DNA from: Vicinamibacteria bacterium
GTDB taxonomy: Bacteria > Acidobacteriota > Vicinamibacteria > Marinacidobacterales > Marinacidobacteraceae
DNA length: 64,000 bases
Assembly (NCBI GenBank): GCA_964291235.2
Contig: OZ219816.1
Coordinates: 416,001-480,000 of the forward strand
Direction of reading: 5' to 3'
Both the position numbers and the translations under genes were made by a program. Every line of letters starts with the position of its first letter. Positions within the stretch are counted from its first letter, which is position 1. Under the pieces are notes generated by a model, which did not search any database, was not told the origin of the DNA, and worked only from the letters and a program-made list of their open reading frames with translations. Positions 63,087-64,000 of this stretch are shown here, piece by piece.

Positions 63087-63653
63087 CTACGCGCGGATCT
63101 CCGACTCGATGTGGCTCACGTCCTTGCCCCGAAGCTCCGCAACCGCGGTCTTGGAGCGCAGGGAGAGCAGCGCGACCATCGTCGCTTCCACGACGTTCTT
63201 GGGGTTCGCGGTACCGAGCGATTTGGTCAGGATGTCCTTGATTCCAGCAAGCTCGATGACCGCGCGCACCGGTCCCCCGGCGATGACGCCGGTTCCCTCG
63301 GAAGCGGGTTTCAGGAGGACCCGCCCCGCTCCGAACACGCCAACGATCTCGTGAGCGATCGTGTTCCCCTCGCGGGGAATCGCCGTCAAGTTCTTCTTGG
63401 CGATCTCGATTCCCTTCTTGATGGCCGCCGGCACCTCGCGCGCCTTCCCGAGTCCGAACCCCACGCGGCCGTCCTCGTTGCCAACCACGACCAGCGCGGA
63501 AAAGGACAGGTTCTTGCCGCCCTTGACCACCTTGGTCACCCGGTTGATGGAGACCACCTTGTCCTTCAGGTCCGGATCGCCGGTGCGATCCACCTGGGTA
63601 TTGCGGGAACCGCTGCGAGACCGCGGACGGCCGCCGGAATCCATGTTCAGCAC
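63087..63653 (-). CDS. rpsE: 30S ribosomal protein S5
   Basis: [34 protein letters not shown]; start may be ATG 63644. Confidence 0.97.
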   Translation of the reverse strand: MLNMDSGGRPRSRSGSRNTQVDRTGDPDLKDKVVSINRVTKVVKGGKNLSFSALVVVGNEDGRVGFGLGKAREVPAAIKKGIEIAKKNLTAIPREGNTIAHEIVGVFGAGRVLLKPASEGTGVIAGGPVRAVIELAGIKDILTKSLGTANPKNVVEATMVALLSLRSKTAVAELRGKDVSHIESEIRA

Positions 63654-64000
63654 TGGACGCCTCCATTCCTCACCGCGTCGGCGAGCGCCTTGACCCGGCC
63701 GTGATACTGGGTGCCGCCCCGATCGAACACCACGACCTCGATGCCGGCCGCCCGCGCGCGTTCGGCCAGTTTCTCGCCCACCAGGGTGGCGCCCCGGGCG
63801 TTGCCGCCGTTTTCGATGCCGGCCTCGCGGCTGCCCGCGGCAACCAGGGTCTGGCCCGCGGAGTCATCGATCACCTGCGCGTAGATGTGTTGCAACGATC
63901 GGTACACCGCAAGCCGCGGCCGCTCGGAGGTTCCGACGATCTTCCGGCGAATGCGGGCATGAATTCGCCGCCTTCGCTGGCGGCGGGTAGTGAGTCGCAT
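63647..64000 (-). CDS. rplR: 50S ribosomal protein L18
   Basis: [34 protein letters not shown]. Confidence 0.97.
   Translation of the reverse strand: MRLTTRRQRRRRIHARIRRKIVGTSERPRLAVYRSLQHIYAQVIDDSAGQTLVAAGSREAGIENGGNARGATLVGEKLAERARAAGIEVVVFDRGGTQYHGRVKALADAVRNGGVQC

Noticed and set aside
62824-63666. 280-aa ORF apparently extending L30 across rpsE (also long 5' extensions of adk, map, fusA, the M28 peptidase and LmbE in the ORF track)
   Set aside because: Upstream open frames overlap real genes; downstream ATGs with an RBS or homology give normal proteins

Overview
High-GC bacterial chromosomal window. The ADOP-type permease and general gene content suggest Acidobacteriota, but this is inference only. 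Left to right: the end of a uvrC-trpS-scpA-scpB operon; a quinone oxidoreductase; a hipBA toxin-antitoxin pair with three operator-like 18-bp palindromes; a 1-kb array of 34 copies of a 14-bp core spaced at 21 or 32 bp; an exported alpha-carbonic anhydrase; a degenerate RpoD/RpoS-like sigma factor; an ABC export cluster (permease, frameshifted ankyrin gene, two membrane-fusion proteins, ATPase); two tandem katG paralogues (one with a signal peptide); a VIT1-family protein; glcDEF-like genes; assorted hydrolases and transporters; pilM/N/O-like genes; an EF-G paralogue; and the rplR-to-rplQ end of the spc/alpha ribosomal operons. The most unusual signals are non-coding. They are the near helically phased array behind hipA; a roughly 555-bp repeat element at the end of rpsK that leaves S11 with no stop and a 184-aa extension; several families of hairpin, REP and MITE elements sitting at gene 3' ends; a synonymously diverged duplicate of a transporter's last 16 codons; and a promoter-like motif shared by two units of the export cluster. 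No tRNA, rRNA, CRISPR array or transposase was recognised. All calls are by eye and no database searches were run.
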